Shown here: in pieces, positions 9,333-19,105 of the stretch
How positions within the stretch are numbered: position 1 is the first letter of the stretch
Layout: every line of letters starts with the position of its first letter
DNA from: Syntrophorhabdaceae bacterium
Lineage (GTDB): Bacteria > Desulfobacterota > Syntrophorhabdia > Syntrophorhabdales > Syntrophorhabdaceae
Assembly: GCA_963666485.2 (NCBI GenBank)
Contig: CAXXUO010000002.1
Coordinates: 32,001 to 96,000 of the forward strand
DNA length: 64,000 bases
Reading direction: 5' to 3'
Notes under the pieces: model-generated
Seen by the model: the letters and a program-made list of their open reading frames with translations, nothing else
Database searches by the model: none
What the model was told of the DNA's origin: nothing
Translations under genes and position numbers: made by a program

Positions 9333-9712
9333 CGGTTCCAGGTTCCACGTTCCAGGTTCCACGCTAAAAGACCCAATACGATCTCGTCATCCGTCTCCCT
9401 GACCGTCATCCATCTCTCTCGCCGTCCCCATCGTCCCCGTCATCGTCCCTCTCCTGTCGTCATCCCACTCTCCTGTCGTCATCCCTCTCTCCCGTCGTCA
9501 TCCCTCTCTCCCGTCGTCATCCCGGTGCTTGACACCGGGATCCAAGGTTTTTTTAACCGTTAGAAGCTGCATCCACGTCACCCACCCTTCGTCATTCCGC
9601 CGGCTTTTGCGGCGGAATCCAGTGTCTTAAAAAAATCATTTCAATGATCGAGCAAGCCAGGTTTTAGTAAAGAAATGTGAAAGACGCTGGATTCCGGCAA
9701 GCCGGAATGACG
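9333..9712. repeat. composite repeat region: GTTCCAC/GTTCCAG heptamers, 19-bp tandem repeat, CGTC-type REP hairpin and an inverted REP doublet
   Basis: Heptamers 9333-9363; ctccYgtcgtcatccc(W/g) units at 9451, 9470, 9489, 9508; REP 9515-9547; doublet 9590-9712. Confidence 0.85.
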
Positions 9713-9810
9713 AGATCTTCGATATACTGCGCGGCACTATTTAGTTAATGTAAGTTATTAAAGATACGTGTTCAATGACTTAATATTATTGATGTAATTT
9801 GAATAAAGAC

Positions 9811-9847
9811 AAAAAAGCCAGCCGTAACCGGCTGGCTTTGATTTTTC
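9811..9847. terminator. bidirectional intrinsic terminator after flxA
   Basis: AAAAAAGCCAGCCG-taac-CGGCTGGCTTTGATTTTT. Confidence 0.85.
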
Positions 9848-9858
9848 ATGAGGCTTTT

Positions 9859-10698
9859 TTAATCGTCGGATGGAAGCTCTTTCAGTTGTTTCAGGGAGAA
9901 CACCGGGCCGTCTTTACAGATGTACTTGTGGCCGAGGTTGCAGCGGCCGCACAGGCCGATGCCGCATTTCATCCTTGCTTCGAGGGTGGTGATGATGTTC
10001 TCTTCCGGGAACTTCAGTTCCGCCAGGCCCTCGAGGACGAATTTGATCATGATCGGGGGGCCGCAGGTGATGGCTATCGTGTTGTCCGGTTTCGGGGCCT
10101 CTTCCCTCAAAACGGTGGGCACGAAACCCGTTCTTTTTTCCCATCCGGGAAATTCATTATCTACAGTGAGGATGAGGTTCACGTCAGGTCTTTCTTCCCA
10201 TTCTTTCAGTTCGTCCTTATAGCACAGGTCAGGGGGCGTCCTCGAGCCATAGATAATGGTTATATCTTTGTAATCCGCTCTGTTATCGAGCATGTAAAGG
10301 ATAAGTGTCCGAAGCGGGGCGAGACCGATACCGCCGCCGATGAAGAGGATATTCTTGCCCTTCATGAATTCGTACGGGAACCAGTTGCCGAGCGGCGCCC
10401 TGACCCCGATGACATCGCCTTCATATATTCCGTGGAGCGCGGTGGTAACCTCACCGGCCTTCATTACGCTAAACTGCAGGTAATCCATGCGGGTCGGCGG
10501 GGAATTGATAACGAAGGTAGATTCACCCACGCCGAAAACGGAGAGCTGTCCGACCTGGCCCGGCTCAAACGTGAAATTCTTCATCTTTTCGGCGTCGTTG
10601 AACACGACCTGGAAGGATTTTATGTTTGGCGTCTCGTCTATAACCTTGATAACTGTCGCCAGTTCAGGAAGGTATGGATTATGATTCCCTGTCATCAC
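9859..10698 (-). CDS. flxA: FlxA, FAD/NAD-binding [2Fe-2S] subunit
   Basis: PGQVGQL, GGGIGLAP, CGPPIM, MKCGIGLCGRC...CKDGPVF; last gene of the hdr-flx cluster. Confidence 0.88.
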   Translation of the reverse strand: MMTGNHNPYLPELATVIKVIDETPNIKSFQVVFNDAEKMKNFTFEPGQVGQLSVFGVGESTFVINSPPTRMDYLQFSVMKAGEVTTALHGIYEGDVIGVRAPLGNWFPYEFMKGKNILFIGGGIGLAPLRTLILYMLDNRADYKDITIIYGSRTPPDLCYKDELKEWEERPDVNLILTVDNEFPGWEKRTGFVPTVLREEAPKPDNTIAITCGPPIMIKFVLEGLAELKFPEENIITTLEARMKCGIGLCGRCNLGHKYICKDGPVFSLKQLKELPSDD

Positions 10699-10704
10699 GC
10701 ACTC

Positions 10705-11790
10705 CTAGTTCTTCGCGTCTTTTTTTTCTGCGGCCCACTGCGCGGGATCCGCCTTCGGGTCCCTGAGGTAGCCCGCTATTTCACTGATATCGACCGAAAC
10801 CGGGCAGTACCGGATGCATCTTCCGCAACCGGTGCATGCAATGGCCCCTTCGTATTTTTCCGGGTAATAGTAGAACTTGTGGCCCAGCCTGTTCCGGAAC
10901 CGTCTGTGCTTGATCGGCCGCGGGTTATGTCCGCTCGTCTCCAGGGTGAAATGCTGGAACATGCAGGAGTCCCAGGTACGGATGCGTTCGCCGGTCATGA
11001 TCGCCTGCTCGTCGGTAATGTTGAAGCAGTAGCACGTCGGGCACAGGAATGTGCAGGCGCCGCAGCTTACGCATTTATCGATGACCTGTCCCCAGAAGGC
11101 CTGGCTGTCGAAAAGTTCGGCATTGACCTTGTCACCTTTGTCCGCGAAAGGATTTCTCACCATGCCGGTCGCCTTGTCGTTGGCTTCTTTTGCCTTCGCC
11201 TCGTATGATGCGCCGTCCTGGATCATGGGAAGGGACATGACGGCCTTGCCTTTATCTGTCACGGCCTCCATGTAGTATCCGCCGTCAATTTCGGTCATCA
11301 CGACGTCCGATCCCTCTTTCGATGCCGGTCCGCCGCCCACGCCCACGCAGAAACAGCCCGCGTACGCGTTGTTGCAGCATTTCGTGATGATGGTCGTATT
11401 TTCACGTCGTTTCTGGTAGTACGGGTCAGATGCCTCGGGATTGATGAAAACCCTGTCAATGACCGTAAAACCGCGAGCATCGCAGGGGCGCCCGCCAAAA
11501 ACGACTGCCTTCGGGAAATCGAGGTCCGTTTTGAGCTCGATATCCATCTTCTGCGGGGTCGCCTCGTCCTTCTTGAACTCGAAGGTCAAAAGCGTCTCGC
11601 ACTGAGGATAAATGGCCCCCTTGGGCGGCGTGTTGGCCGGTCTGTCAAGGGCGATCTCTTTGTCAGGTGTGTACTGACGGAAGATGATCGTATCCCCTTC
11701 GAGGCTCGGAGCGTACACGGCTGCGTCTTTACCGAGTGCCTCGACGAATTCCTTTATCTTCTCTTTCGGTAGGTATCCTTTGTCAGCCAT
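10705..11790 (-). CDS. flxB: FlxB, 4Fe-4S dicluster subunit (AsrA/HydB-like)
   Basis: RPCD, CFC, CVSCGACTFLCPTCYCF, WDSC, CTGCGRCIRYCPV. Confidence 0.88.
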   Translation of the reverse strand: MADKGYLPKEKIKEFVEALGKDAAVYAPSLEGDTIIFRQYTPDKEIALDRPANTPPKGAIYPQCETLLTFEFKKDEATPQKMDIELKTDLDFPKAVVFGGRPCDARGFTVIDRVFINPEASDPYYQKRRENTTIITKCCNNAYAGCFCVGVGGGPASKEGSDVVMTEIDGGYYMEAVTDKGKAVMSLPMIQDGASYEAKAKEANDKATGMVRNPFADKGDKVNAELFDSQAFWGQVIDKCVSCGACTFLCPTCYCFNITDEQAIMTGERIRTWDSCMFQHFTLETSGHNPRPIKHRRFRNRLGHKFYYYPEKYEGAIACTGCGRCIRYCPVSVDISEIAGYLRDPKADPAQWAAEKKDAKN

Positions 11791-12740
11791 TAGAGTTTAT
11801 GCTCCTTGATTTTCGCTTCGTCAACGTTAAACACGAACATCGGCGGTTTATCTTCGGGGTTGACTCCCGGTGTATAATCAAAGAGTTCTTTCATCTCTTT
11901 GTTTATCTTCTTTTTCAGCTTCGCGACGGGGATCTCCATCGGGCACACGCGTTCGCACTCGCCGCATTCCACGCAGCGGCCTGCAAGGTGCAGAGAGTGG
12001 ATCATGTGGAACATGAGCTTCTCGTCGAAGGAAAGCTTCTGGGTTATCCAGTGCGGGTCGCGCGTCTCGGCAATGCAGCTGTCCTGGCACACGCACATCG
12101 GGCACGCGTTCCTGCAGGCGTAACACCGGATGCACTTGTCGAACTCTTTTGCAAAGTAGGCCCAGCGCTCTTCCAGGGTCTTGCCTTCAAGTTCTGCTAT
12201 ATCAGCATAGACGCTGTCGGCCGGCTTGTCCGACTGGACGGCATCCGCTGCCATCTCATCGGCAATTATCGGCGTCGGGTACTGGCATGTCGTGCACTTG
12301 CTCGGACATACATCCTTGATGGCAATGGTCTTCTCCCCCGACGGGGTCTTGACCTTTATCGAATCGTCCGTGAAAGTGATCTCTTCGACCGCTTCGTTGT
12401 TGATGGCCTTCTGGACCTTCTTCTTGCTGATGATGCCTTTGCAGGGCATCCCGATGATCACGACATTGTTCCTGTCGATAAGGCCTTCCTGCATGTACTG
12501 GACGATGGTCCTCGAATCACAGCCTTTCACCACGACGGCAACCTTCTTCTTCTGCGAGGGAAGATAGCTTGCGAGGTTCTGGGCACAGGCGGCGTTCCAG
12601 ACGACCTTGTCGACCTGCTCAGGGGACGTGATAAAGATCGGCGTCACATTGAGCTTGTCGAAACCTTCCTGCCAGCATATGACGGTCTCAACATCGGGTA
12701 AGACCTTGGTAATGATCTCTTTCAGTTTCTGAGTACTCAA
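11790..12740 (-). CDS. flxC: FlxC, 4Fe-4S dicluster subunit
   Basis: KGCD, CIRCYACRNACPMCVC, HLAGRCVECGECERVCP. Confidence 0.85.
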   Translation of the reverse strand: MSTQKLKEIITKVLPDVETVICWQEGFDKLNVTPIFITSPEQVDKVVWNAACAQNLASYLPSQKKKVAVVVKGCDSRTIVQYMQEGLIDRNNVVIIGMPCKGIISKKKVQKAINNEAVEEITFTDDSIKVKTPSGEKTIAIKDVCPSKCTTCQYPTPIIADEMAADAVQSDKPADSVYADIAELEGKTLEERWAYFAKEFDKCIRCYACRNACPMCVCQDSCIAETRDPHWITQKLSFDEKLMFHMIHSLHLAGRCVECGECERVCPMEIPVAKLKKKINKEMKELFDYTPGVNPEDKPPMFVFNVDEAKIKEHKL

Positions 12741-12752
12741 AGTGCCTTCTCC

Positions 12753-13169
12753 TTACTTTTTATGCAATGGGCCAAGCGTGTGGAGCCGCGTGGTAAAATC
12801 CGTCACGACCTGCTGCCACCTCGCGCCTTCCGAGGCCGAAACCCATGTATAGTGGAATCTCTTGTCGTCGATGCCCAGGAACGGCAGGAGCCTTTTGAGC
12901 ATTTCCAGCCGGCGCCTTGCGTAGAAGTTCCCGTCGGTATAGTGGCAGTCCCTGGGGTGGCACCCGGAAACGAGGACGCCGTCAGCGCCCGTGATGAGCG
13001 CGCGCACCACAAACATCGGGTCAACACGGCCCGAGCACGGGACCCTGATGATCCTGAGGTCGGTGGGCTGTTTGAAGCGCCCGACGCCTGCTGTATCGGC
13101 CCCGCCGTAGGAACACCAGTTACAGAGAAATCCAACGACCCGCAGTTCTTTACCTGCTACTTCTGGCAT
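12753..13169 (-). CDS. flxD: FlxD / MvhD-like [2Fe-2S] subunit
   Basis: FLCNWCSYGGAD, RVPCSGRVDP, GCHPRDCHY, WVSASEG. Confidence 0.9.
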   Translation of the reverse strand: MPEVAGKELRVVGFLCNWCSYGGADTAGVGRFKQPTDLRIIRVPCSGRVDPMFVVRALITGADGVLVSGCHPRDCHYTDGNFYARRRLEMLKRLLPFLGIDDKRFHYTWVSASEGARWQQVVTDFTTRLHTLGPLHKK

Positions 13170-15118
13170 AATACATTAACCTCCGCTAAGAGCTGGTTAT
13201 CCGTGAAATGGTTCAGCTGAATGGCGCCGCACGGACAGGTGGACGTACACACGCCGCATCCTGCGCAGACCGTTTCAATGACCTTTGCGACCTTCTTGCC
13301 GCTTCTTAACGTATCTTCGACAATGGCCTGGAACGGGCATGTCTTAACGCACTTCAGACAGCCGACGCATGCATTGATATTGACATTCGCGATCGCCGGG
13401 TCGGATTCGAGCATATCTTTCGAGAAGAGCGCAAGGACCTTGGCGGCTGCCGCGGAACCCTGGCCGACCGATGCCGGGATGTCTTTCGGACCCTGGCATG
13501 CACCGGCAAGGTAGACGCCTGATGTGTTCGTCTCGACCGGCCGCAGCTTCGGGTGTGATTCAACGTAGAATCCGAAGGTGTCATAGGAGATGTGGAGCTT
13601 CTCGGCCATCTGGGCTGCGCCCGGGGCCGCTACGACGGCATTGCCGAGAACGACGAGATCGGCCTCGATCTCGACCTGCGTGCCGAGCATCGTGTCGGCA
13701 CCGCGGACCACCATCTTCTTTCCCTTCGGGTAGATCCGGGATACCCTGCCGCGGATGTACTTCGCACCGTATTCTTCCTGGGCGCGGCGGGTAAATTCAT
13801 CATAACCCTTTCCCGGTGCCCGCACGTCCATGTAGAAAACGTACGACTGGGAATCGGGGATATGGTCTTTTGTCAAGATCGCCTGCTTGGCGATGTACAT
13901 GCAGCAGAAGTTGGAGCAGTACGGAACGCCCAGGGATTTGTCCCGTGAACCCACGCAGGCTACGAAAACGATCGTCTTCGGCTCTTCATGGTCCGACGGC
14001 CTGATGATGTGGCCGGATGTCGGGCCCGACGCGTTCAGGAAACGCTCGTACTGGATACCCGTGATGACGTCGGGGTACCGGCCTGCGCCGTATTCCTTGA
14101 AATTCTCTATACCCATGAGGCCATAGCCGGTTGCCGTGATGATCGCGCCGACCTCTTCCGTGATTATCTCTTCCTGCTGTTCGTAATTGATGGCGCCGGT
14201 GGGGCACACTTTTGCGCAGACACCGCACTTGCCTTTCGTGAACTGCCGGCAGTAATTCGGGTCTATGGTTGCCTTCTTCGGGATCGCCTGCGGGAACGGG
14301 ATGTTGATGGCCCGTGTCGGCGCGGCGCCGAAGTTGAAATGGTCATACGCGTTCTTGGTCGGGCATTTTTCCATGCAAAGGCCGCAGCCGGTGCACTTCG
14401 TCCAGTCGACGTAGGGTGGTTTCTTCTTTATCTTTACCGTATAGTTTCCGACGTACCCCTTGATCTCGGCAATCTCGCTGTATGCGTGCAGCTTGATGTT
14501 CTCGTGCTGCGCCACGTCGACCATCTTGGGGCCGAGGATACAGATCGAACAGTCGACGGTCGGGAATGTCTTGTCGAGGCGCGCCATCATGCCGCCGATG
14601 GACGGGCTCTTCTCGACCATGACGACCTCAAGCCCGCCGTCTCCGCAGTCAATTGCAGCCTGCATGCCGGCCACGCCGCCGCCGATGACCAAAACCCTCT
14701 TGTTGACCTTAAATGAAGTAGAAAAGAGAGCTTTGTTCCTCTGGACCTTCGCGACAGACATCGCCACTTCCTCGATCGCCTTGTTCGTGTTGAGTTCCTT
14801 GTCAAGGCCAATCCAGGACACGTGCTCACGGATGTTCGCCTGCTCGAAGAAATAGCGGTTAAGCCCCGCCTTCATGATCGTTCTTCGGAAGGTATTCTCA
14901 TGCATACGGGGTGAACAGGCCGCGACGACGATCCTGTCGAGCTTGTGCTGCTCGATCGCGTCCGTGATCTCTTTCTGTCCCGGTTCGGAACAGGTATACA
15001 TGTAGGCGGTCGCGTACGCGACGCCGGGCATCTTCCGGGCTTCCTCGGCCACTTTCGCGACGTCAACGGTTCCCGCGATGTTGCTTCCACAATGGCAGAT
15101 AAATACTCCAACCCGCAT
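13157..15118 (-). CDS. hdrA: heterodisulfide reductase subunit A
   Basis: GVFICHCGSNIAG, ACSPRMHE, GGGVAG, LDKTFPTVDCSIC, CSNFCCMY, GACQGPKDI, ferredoxin motifs. Confidence 0.97.
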   Translation of the reverse strand: MRVGVFICHCGSNIAGTVDVAKVAEEARKMPGVAYATAYMYTCSEPGQKEITDAIEQHKLDRIVVAACSPRMHENTFRRTIMKAGLNRYFFEQANIREHVSWIGLDKELNTNKAIEEVAMSVAKVQRNKALFSTSFKVNKRVLVIGGGVAGMQAAIDCGDGGLEVVMVEKSPSIGGMMARLDKTFPTVDCSICILGPKMVDVAQHENIKLHAYSEIAEIKGYVGNYTVKIKKKPPYVDWTKCTGCGLCMEKCPTKNAYDHFNFGAAPTRAINIPFPQAIPKKATIDPNYCRQFTKGKCGVCAKVCPTGAINYEQQEEIITEEVGAIITATGYGLMGIENFKEYGAGRYPDVITGIQYERFLNASGPTSGHIIRPSDHEEPKTIVFVACVGSRDKSLGVPYCSNFCCMYIAKQAILTKDHIPDSQSYVFYMDVRAPGKGYDEFTRRAQEEYGAKYIRGRVSRIYPKGKKMVVRGADTMLGTQVEIEADLVVLGNAVVAAPGAAQMAEKLHISYDTFGFYVESHPKLRPVETNTSGVYLAGACQGPKDIPASVGQGSAAAAKVLALFSKDMLESDPAIANVNINACVGCLKCVKTCPFQAIVEDTLRSGKKVAKVIETVCAGCGVCTSTCPCGAIQLNHFTDNQLLAEVNVLCQK

Positions 15119-15131
15119 CGATCAGGTCTCC

Positions 15132-16100
15132 TTAATTAGTTGTCTCTTCCGCAGCCGGCTTCTTGGCAGCCTTCTGGGCTTTCTTCGCCGCTGCTTCTTC
15201 TTCTTTCATCTTGTCGAATTCCGCCCTGGTTATCCGTCTCGTGACCTTGTCGGCGCTGACAAAAAGTTTGTCCATGCCGAGTTCCTTCGGGGATAAACCA
15301 AAAGCGAGGCCCAAAAGCTGGGTAAAATAAATGATCGGGATGTTGTACTTCGCACCCGTCACACTGTTGATCTGGTCCTGTCGAAGATCGAGGTTCTGCT
15401 GGCACAGCGGGCAGGCGACCGCGATCGCGTTCGCGCCGGCATCGATCGCCATTTCAAGCACCTTGCCGGACAGCCTGTTGACCATCTCCCTCTGGGGGAC
15501 GCCGAAGGCTGCGCCGCAGCACTCCAGCTTGAAAGCGAAGTCGGCGACCTCGATGCCCGCGGCCTTCAGGAGGTTGTCCATGGAGACCGGGTTCTCGGGA
15601 TCGTCAAAATTTGCGATCTCGGGCGGCCGTGACAGGATGCATCCGTAGTACGGCGCGACCTTGAGATCGGGCATGATATGGGTCACTTTCGCCGCGATGG
15701 CCTCAGGCCCGATATCTTCATAGATCACCTGGAGGGATGACTTGGACTCCACACCGCAGTTGTAGGGCTCATCGAGGAGGCTGTTGACCTCTTCCTTGAA
15801 CTCTTCACTGCCGGCCATGCCGTGCTGTGCTTTCTTGAAAGCCATGAGGCATGACGGACAGGGGGTCGTGAGGACGTCCTGGTTCATCTTCTCAACGAGG
15901 GCAAGGTTGCGTGCCGCAAGAGCGGCGGCGAGCAGGTGATCGACCGTGTGGGCCGGCGTCGATCCGCAGCAGCTCCAGTCATCGGGCTCCACGAGGCCTA
16001 CATCGAGGGCCTTCATGACCGCCCGAATCGATTCATCGTACTCTTTCGCAGTACCTTCCAGCGAACAACCACAGAAATATGCGTATTCTTTCTCAGCCAT
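15132..16100 (-). CDS. hdrB: heterodisulfide reductase subunit B
   Basis: Two CCG domains: WSCCG..CPSC and YYGC..ECCG..ACPLC. Confidence 0.95.
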   Translation of the reverse strand: MAEKEYAYFCGCSLEGTAKEYDESIRAVMKALDVGLVEPDDWSCCGSTPAHTVDHLLAAALAARNLALVEKMNQDVLTTPCPSCLMAFKKAQHGMAGSEEFKEEVNSLLDEPYNCGVESKSSLQVIYEDIGPEAIAAKVTHIMPDLKVAPYYGCILSRPPEIANFDDPENPVSMDNLLKAAGIEVADFAFKLECCGAAFGVPQREMVNRLSGKVLEMAIDAGANAIAVACPLCQQNLDLRQDQINSVTGAKYNIPIIYFTQLLGLAFGLSPKELGMDKLFVSADKVTRRITRAEFDKMKEEEAAAKKAQKAAKKPAAEETTN

Positions 16101-16659
16101 GCTTTTTCGCCTTTTCCTGGAATCTGTTAAATATTTGAGCTACCTTGTCTGCGCCTTTTATCGATTTGGAGAACAGGCTGATCTTGCCCTTGCTCATCAC
16201 TTTCGGGCCGAGCTCAGCGTCCGCCATAAACTGTCCTGATTTCATCTTGTAGCCGAGGAGGATGCCCATCTCGAATATCCTGCCGTGTTTCTTCATGGAG
16301 TCCAGGAAGGAATCGTAGAAGAGCTGGATGTTCTTCTCGGATACCTTGCCCTCTCTGCGGGCAATGATCCTCAATGTGTCCATGATGTTGGCGACATCCA
16401 CATTGCACGGGCACCGGGTCGTGCACGTTTCACACGTGGCGCACAGCCAGATCGCCTTCGATTTGAGGATCGTCTCTTTCTGACCGGCCTGCAGGAGGCG
16501 CATCACCATGGTCACCGGGTAGTCGAAGTACTGGGTGTACGGACATCCGGCAGTACAGTTCCCGCACTGGTAGCACAGCGACGGGTTCTGGCCGCTTTCC
16601 TCTTTTACCTGTTCGATAAAAGCCCAATCAGTCTTTTCACTTAAATTGATCGTATCCAT
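16093..16659 (-). CDS. hdrC: heterodisulfide reductase subunit C
   Basis: CYQCGNCTAGCP and WLCATCETCTTRCP. Confidence 0.95.
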   Translation of the reverse strand: MDTINLSEKTDWAFIEQVKEESGQNPSLCYQCGNCTAGCPYTQYFDYPVTMVMRLLQAGQKETILKSKAIWLCATCETCTTRCPCNVDVANIMDTLRIIARREGKVSEKNIQLFYDSFLDSMKKHGRIFEMGILLGYKMKSGQFMADAELGPKVMSKGKISLFSKSIKGADKVAQIFNRFQEKAKKHG

Positions 16660-16999
16660 TCAGATTAACCAACCTTTGCAGCCGGCAGCAGCAAGCCCTT
16701 TACCATACGTCGGATATGTGCGTGAACTGGTCAAAAACTGCCCCGGAAATTATATTCACTATAGTGAACGTGCACCGTAGTGAGTCGCGATTACCAATGC
16801 TTTTCAATGAACTTATATACCCCAAAACCTTGTGGTATTTAACACTGAATCGAAATTTCTTGTCAATAACAATTTACGCCCTGATTATTCAGAATAATGA
16901 ATGATTTCGAAGTTAACCATCGTCATCCTCTTGATAACAAAGGAACTTTTTCACAAGAGCATGTTCCTCTATTCACAAGGAAATTGTGAAAAAAAATTC

Positions 17000-17050
17000 T
17001 TGACATAATCAAACTCTTGTTTAAAATGTATGTATTAAACACTCGTTTGG
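17000..17050 (+). promoter_or_regulatory. sigma-70 promoter with two TetR-type operators
   Basis: TTGACA(17000)-16 bp-TAAAAT; TCAAAC-tctt-GTTTAA (17009) and TTAAAC-actc-GTTTGG (17035). Confidence 0.65.
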
Positions 17051-17063
17051 CAAGGGGTTGCCG

Positions 17064-17708
17064 ATGGATGAAAAAACCAGTTCCCGGAAACGTATCCTCT
17101 GGGCGGCCGGTGAGATATTTTCCGAGACCGGCTTTCGCCAGGCTACGATCCGGCAGATATCGAAACGTGCCGGGGTAAACGTGGCCTCCATTAATTACTA
17201 CTTCCAGAGCAAGGACAACCTGTACCTCGAAACCCTGCGATACTGGAAGGATGTCGCCTTCGAAAAATACCCCCGCGAGTTCGGAATGTCCCTGTCCGAC
17301 CCTCCCGAACTGCACCTTCAAGGGTTCATCCGCTCTTTTCTCTACCGCATACTCGACTCCGGCGTAGAGTCACGCTTCGGACGCCTCATGACCAGGGAGT
17401 TCACAGATCCCACCCCGGCACTTGATGTTATACTTGAAGAAACGACGCGACCGATGTTTGCCCTGGCGGGGTCGATCATTGGCAGGATCATCGACGAGGA
17501 CCCCACGAGCGATGCCGTGTTCTACTGCACGTCGAGCATTATCGGCCAGTGCCTTTATTTCCTGTACGCCAGGCCGGTGTACCGCAGGCTGCTTGGAGAA
17601 CAGAAGGTGCGGTCCCTGACGATTGACGATATTGCAGACCATATCTGCCGTTTTTCCGTTGCTGCGCTGTCCGGGATACGGAAGGAAGAACAAGGAGATG
17701 AGGTATGA
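17064..17708 (+). CDS. TetR-family regulator (CecR/YbiH-like, DUF1956)
   Basis: FSETGFRQATIRQISKRAGVNVASINYYFQSKDNLY; leads a YbhGFSR-like operon. Confidence 0.9.
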   Translation: MDEKTSSRKRILWAAGEIFSETGFRQATIRQISKRAGVNVASINYYFQSKDNLYLETLRYWKDVAFEKYPREFGMSLSDPPELHLQGFIRSFLYRILDSGVESRFGRLMTREFTDPTPALDVILEETTRPMFALAGSIIGRIIDEDPTSDAVFYCTSSIIGQCLYFLYARPVYRRLLGEQKVRSLTIDDIADHICRFSVAALSGIRKEEQGDEV

Positions 17709-19105
17709 AACAAGCGAGATCGATCCTTTTCCTGTTCACCATTTTTTTTGTCGCCCCGGTATGTGCCCTCGCCCAGAATGTACAGAACGGCCGGTTCGAC
17801 CTCCCTGCCCTGATCGAGTACGCGGTCAAGCACAATCCTGCCCTGAAGATCGCGAAACAGAACATCAGCATAGAGGACCAGGGCGTCAAGTCTGCACAGG
17901 CCGACATGATGCCGCGCATAGACGTTACGGGCGGTTATACCAGGTACCGCTACCCCTACCCGCTCACCCCGATCGTCATCGACAGGCTTCCGCTCCTGCC
18001 GTCCGATATACCCGACTTTGAAAAGAATGTGTACGACGGGTTCGCGACCTTTTCGGTCCCGCTCTTCAGGGGCGGCCGGCTCGTGCGCGGCGTTACCATC
18101 GCCGAGCTGAAACGGTCCATGGCCCGGGATTTCCATACACAGAATTTAAACGAGCTTGTTTATAATGTTACGGCCGTCTATTACAAGCTGGCGCAGCTCG
18201 AGGACCTTTTGCGCGCATTCGAGGCACAGGAAAAAGGGTTAGGCGCCCACAGGCAGGACGTCGAACTTTTCCTCAAGGCGGGCACGGCCCCCAAGCTCGA
18301 CCTGTACAAGGCGGACACCGAACTTGCCGGCGCATCCGAGCGCCGGATACAGACCCGGAATGCCATTGCAAGCGCCCGGGAACTGCTCAAGTCCATCATA
18401 GGGATGGAAGACCCGGGCGAGCTGTCCCTCGCGTTCGATAATGCCTCGAAGGCGGTCCCGCAGATCCCGCAGGGGGACCTCGATGCCGCCCTTTCCAGCC
18501 GGCCCGACTACAAGGCGGCAGTGTCCAAGGTCAAAATGTTCGAGCAGCGTGTTGCGTCGGCAAAGGGCAAGCGCCTGCCTGACATATATGCATCGGGGGA
18601 TTACGGCGGCAGGGCCGGGGATGCCTTCGCCTTCAAGGAGAACTGGACGCTGGGCGTACGCCTCATGCTTCCCGTGTTCGATTTCGGGCGCATAAGCTCC
18701 GAGGTCGAAAAAGAACAGTACTCCCTCATGAATGCGCGGGAGGAGGAGCGGGCGCTTCGCCTGACCATCGCACGCGAATTGAGGGACGCGCAGACGGCGA
18801 TCTCAAATGCCGAGGAACGGATGACGGTTTCCGGGAAAGCGGTCGTTTCCGCGATGGAACAGGCCCGCATCGAGGACCTTCGCTACAAGGCGGGAGACAA
18901 CACCTCAACCGATGTGATCAATGCCCAGGCGGCCCTTGTCCGTTCGCGGTCCGACCATGCCCAGGCGATCTTCGACCGGGATGTGGCTGTCGCTTCTCTC
19001 AAGAAATCTCTCGGTTTGAACGGCGCACCTGATAGCGTCCCCCGTACCGGTCCCGCAACCGGGAATGGTACAAAGATCCCCATCAAGACGGAGGAAACAC
19101 GATGA
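17705..19105 (+). CDS. TolC-family outer membrane protein
   Basis: Signal peptide, HNPALK, VPLFRGG, LPVFDFG, RYKAG. Confidence 0.9.
   Translation: MKQARSILFLFTIFFVAPVCALAQNVQNGRFDLPALIEYAVKHNPALKIAKQNISIEDQGVKSAQADMMPRIDVTGGYTRYRYPYPLTPIVIDRLPLLPSDIPDFEKNVYDGFATFSVPLFRGGRLVRGVTIAELKRSMARDFHTQNLNELVYNVTAVYYKLAQLEDLLRAFEAQEKGLGAHRQDVELFLKAGTAPKLDLYKADTELAGASERRIQTRNAIASARELLKSIIGMEDPGELSLAFDNASKAVPQIPQGDLDAALSSRPDYKAAVSKVKMFEQRVASAKGKRLPDIYASGDYGGRAGDAFAFKENWTLGVRLMLPVFDFGRISSEVEKEQYSLMNAREEERALRLTIARELRDAQTAISNAEERMTVSGKAVVSAMEQARIEDLRYKAGDNTSTDVINAQAALVRSRSDHAQAIFDRDVAVASLKKSLGLNGAPDSVPRTGPATGNGTKIPIKTEETR

Noticed and set aside
9382..9547. Possible CRISPR array
   Set aside because: Units are directly adjacent with no unique spacers, and there are no cas genes
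9799..11208. 469-aa plus-strand ORF and similar long antisense ORFs
   Set aside because: Shadow frames of GC-rich genes (flxA/B etc.) with no recognisable motifs
12753..15118. Selenocysteine in HdrA or FlxD
   Set aside because: Both frames are open with Cys at the relevant motifs; no in-frame TGA
16715..16995. Rex-like sites upstream of hdrC (TTCACAA/TTGTGAA half sites; TTCACTATAGTGAA palindrome)
   Set aside because: Only half sites or wrong orientation/spacing relative to TTGTGAA-N4-TTCACAA; too weak to call
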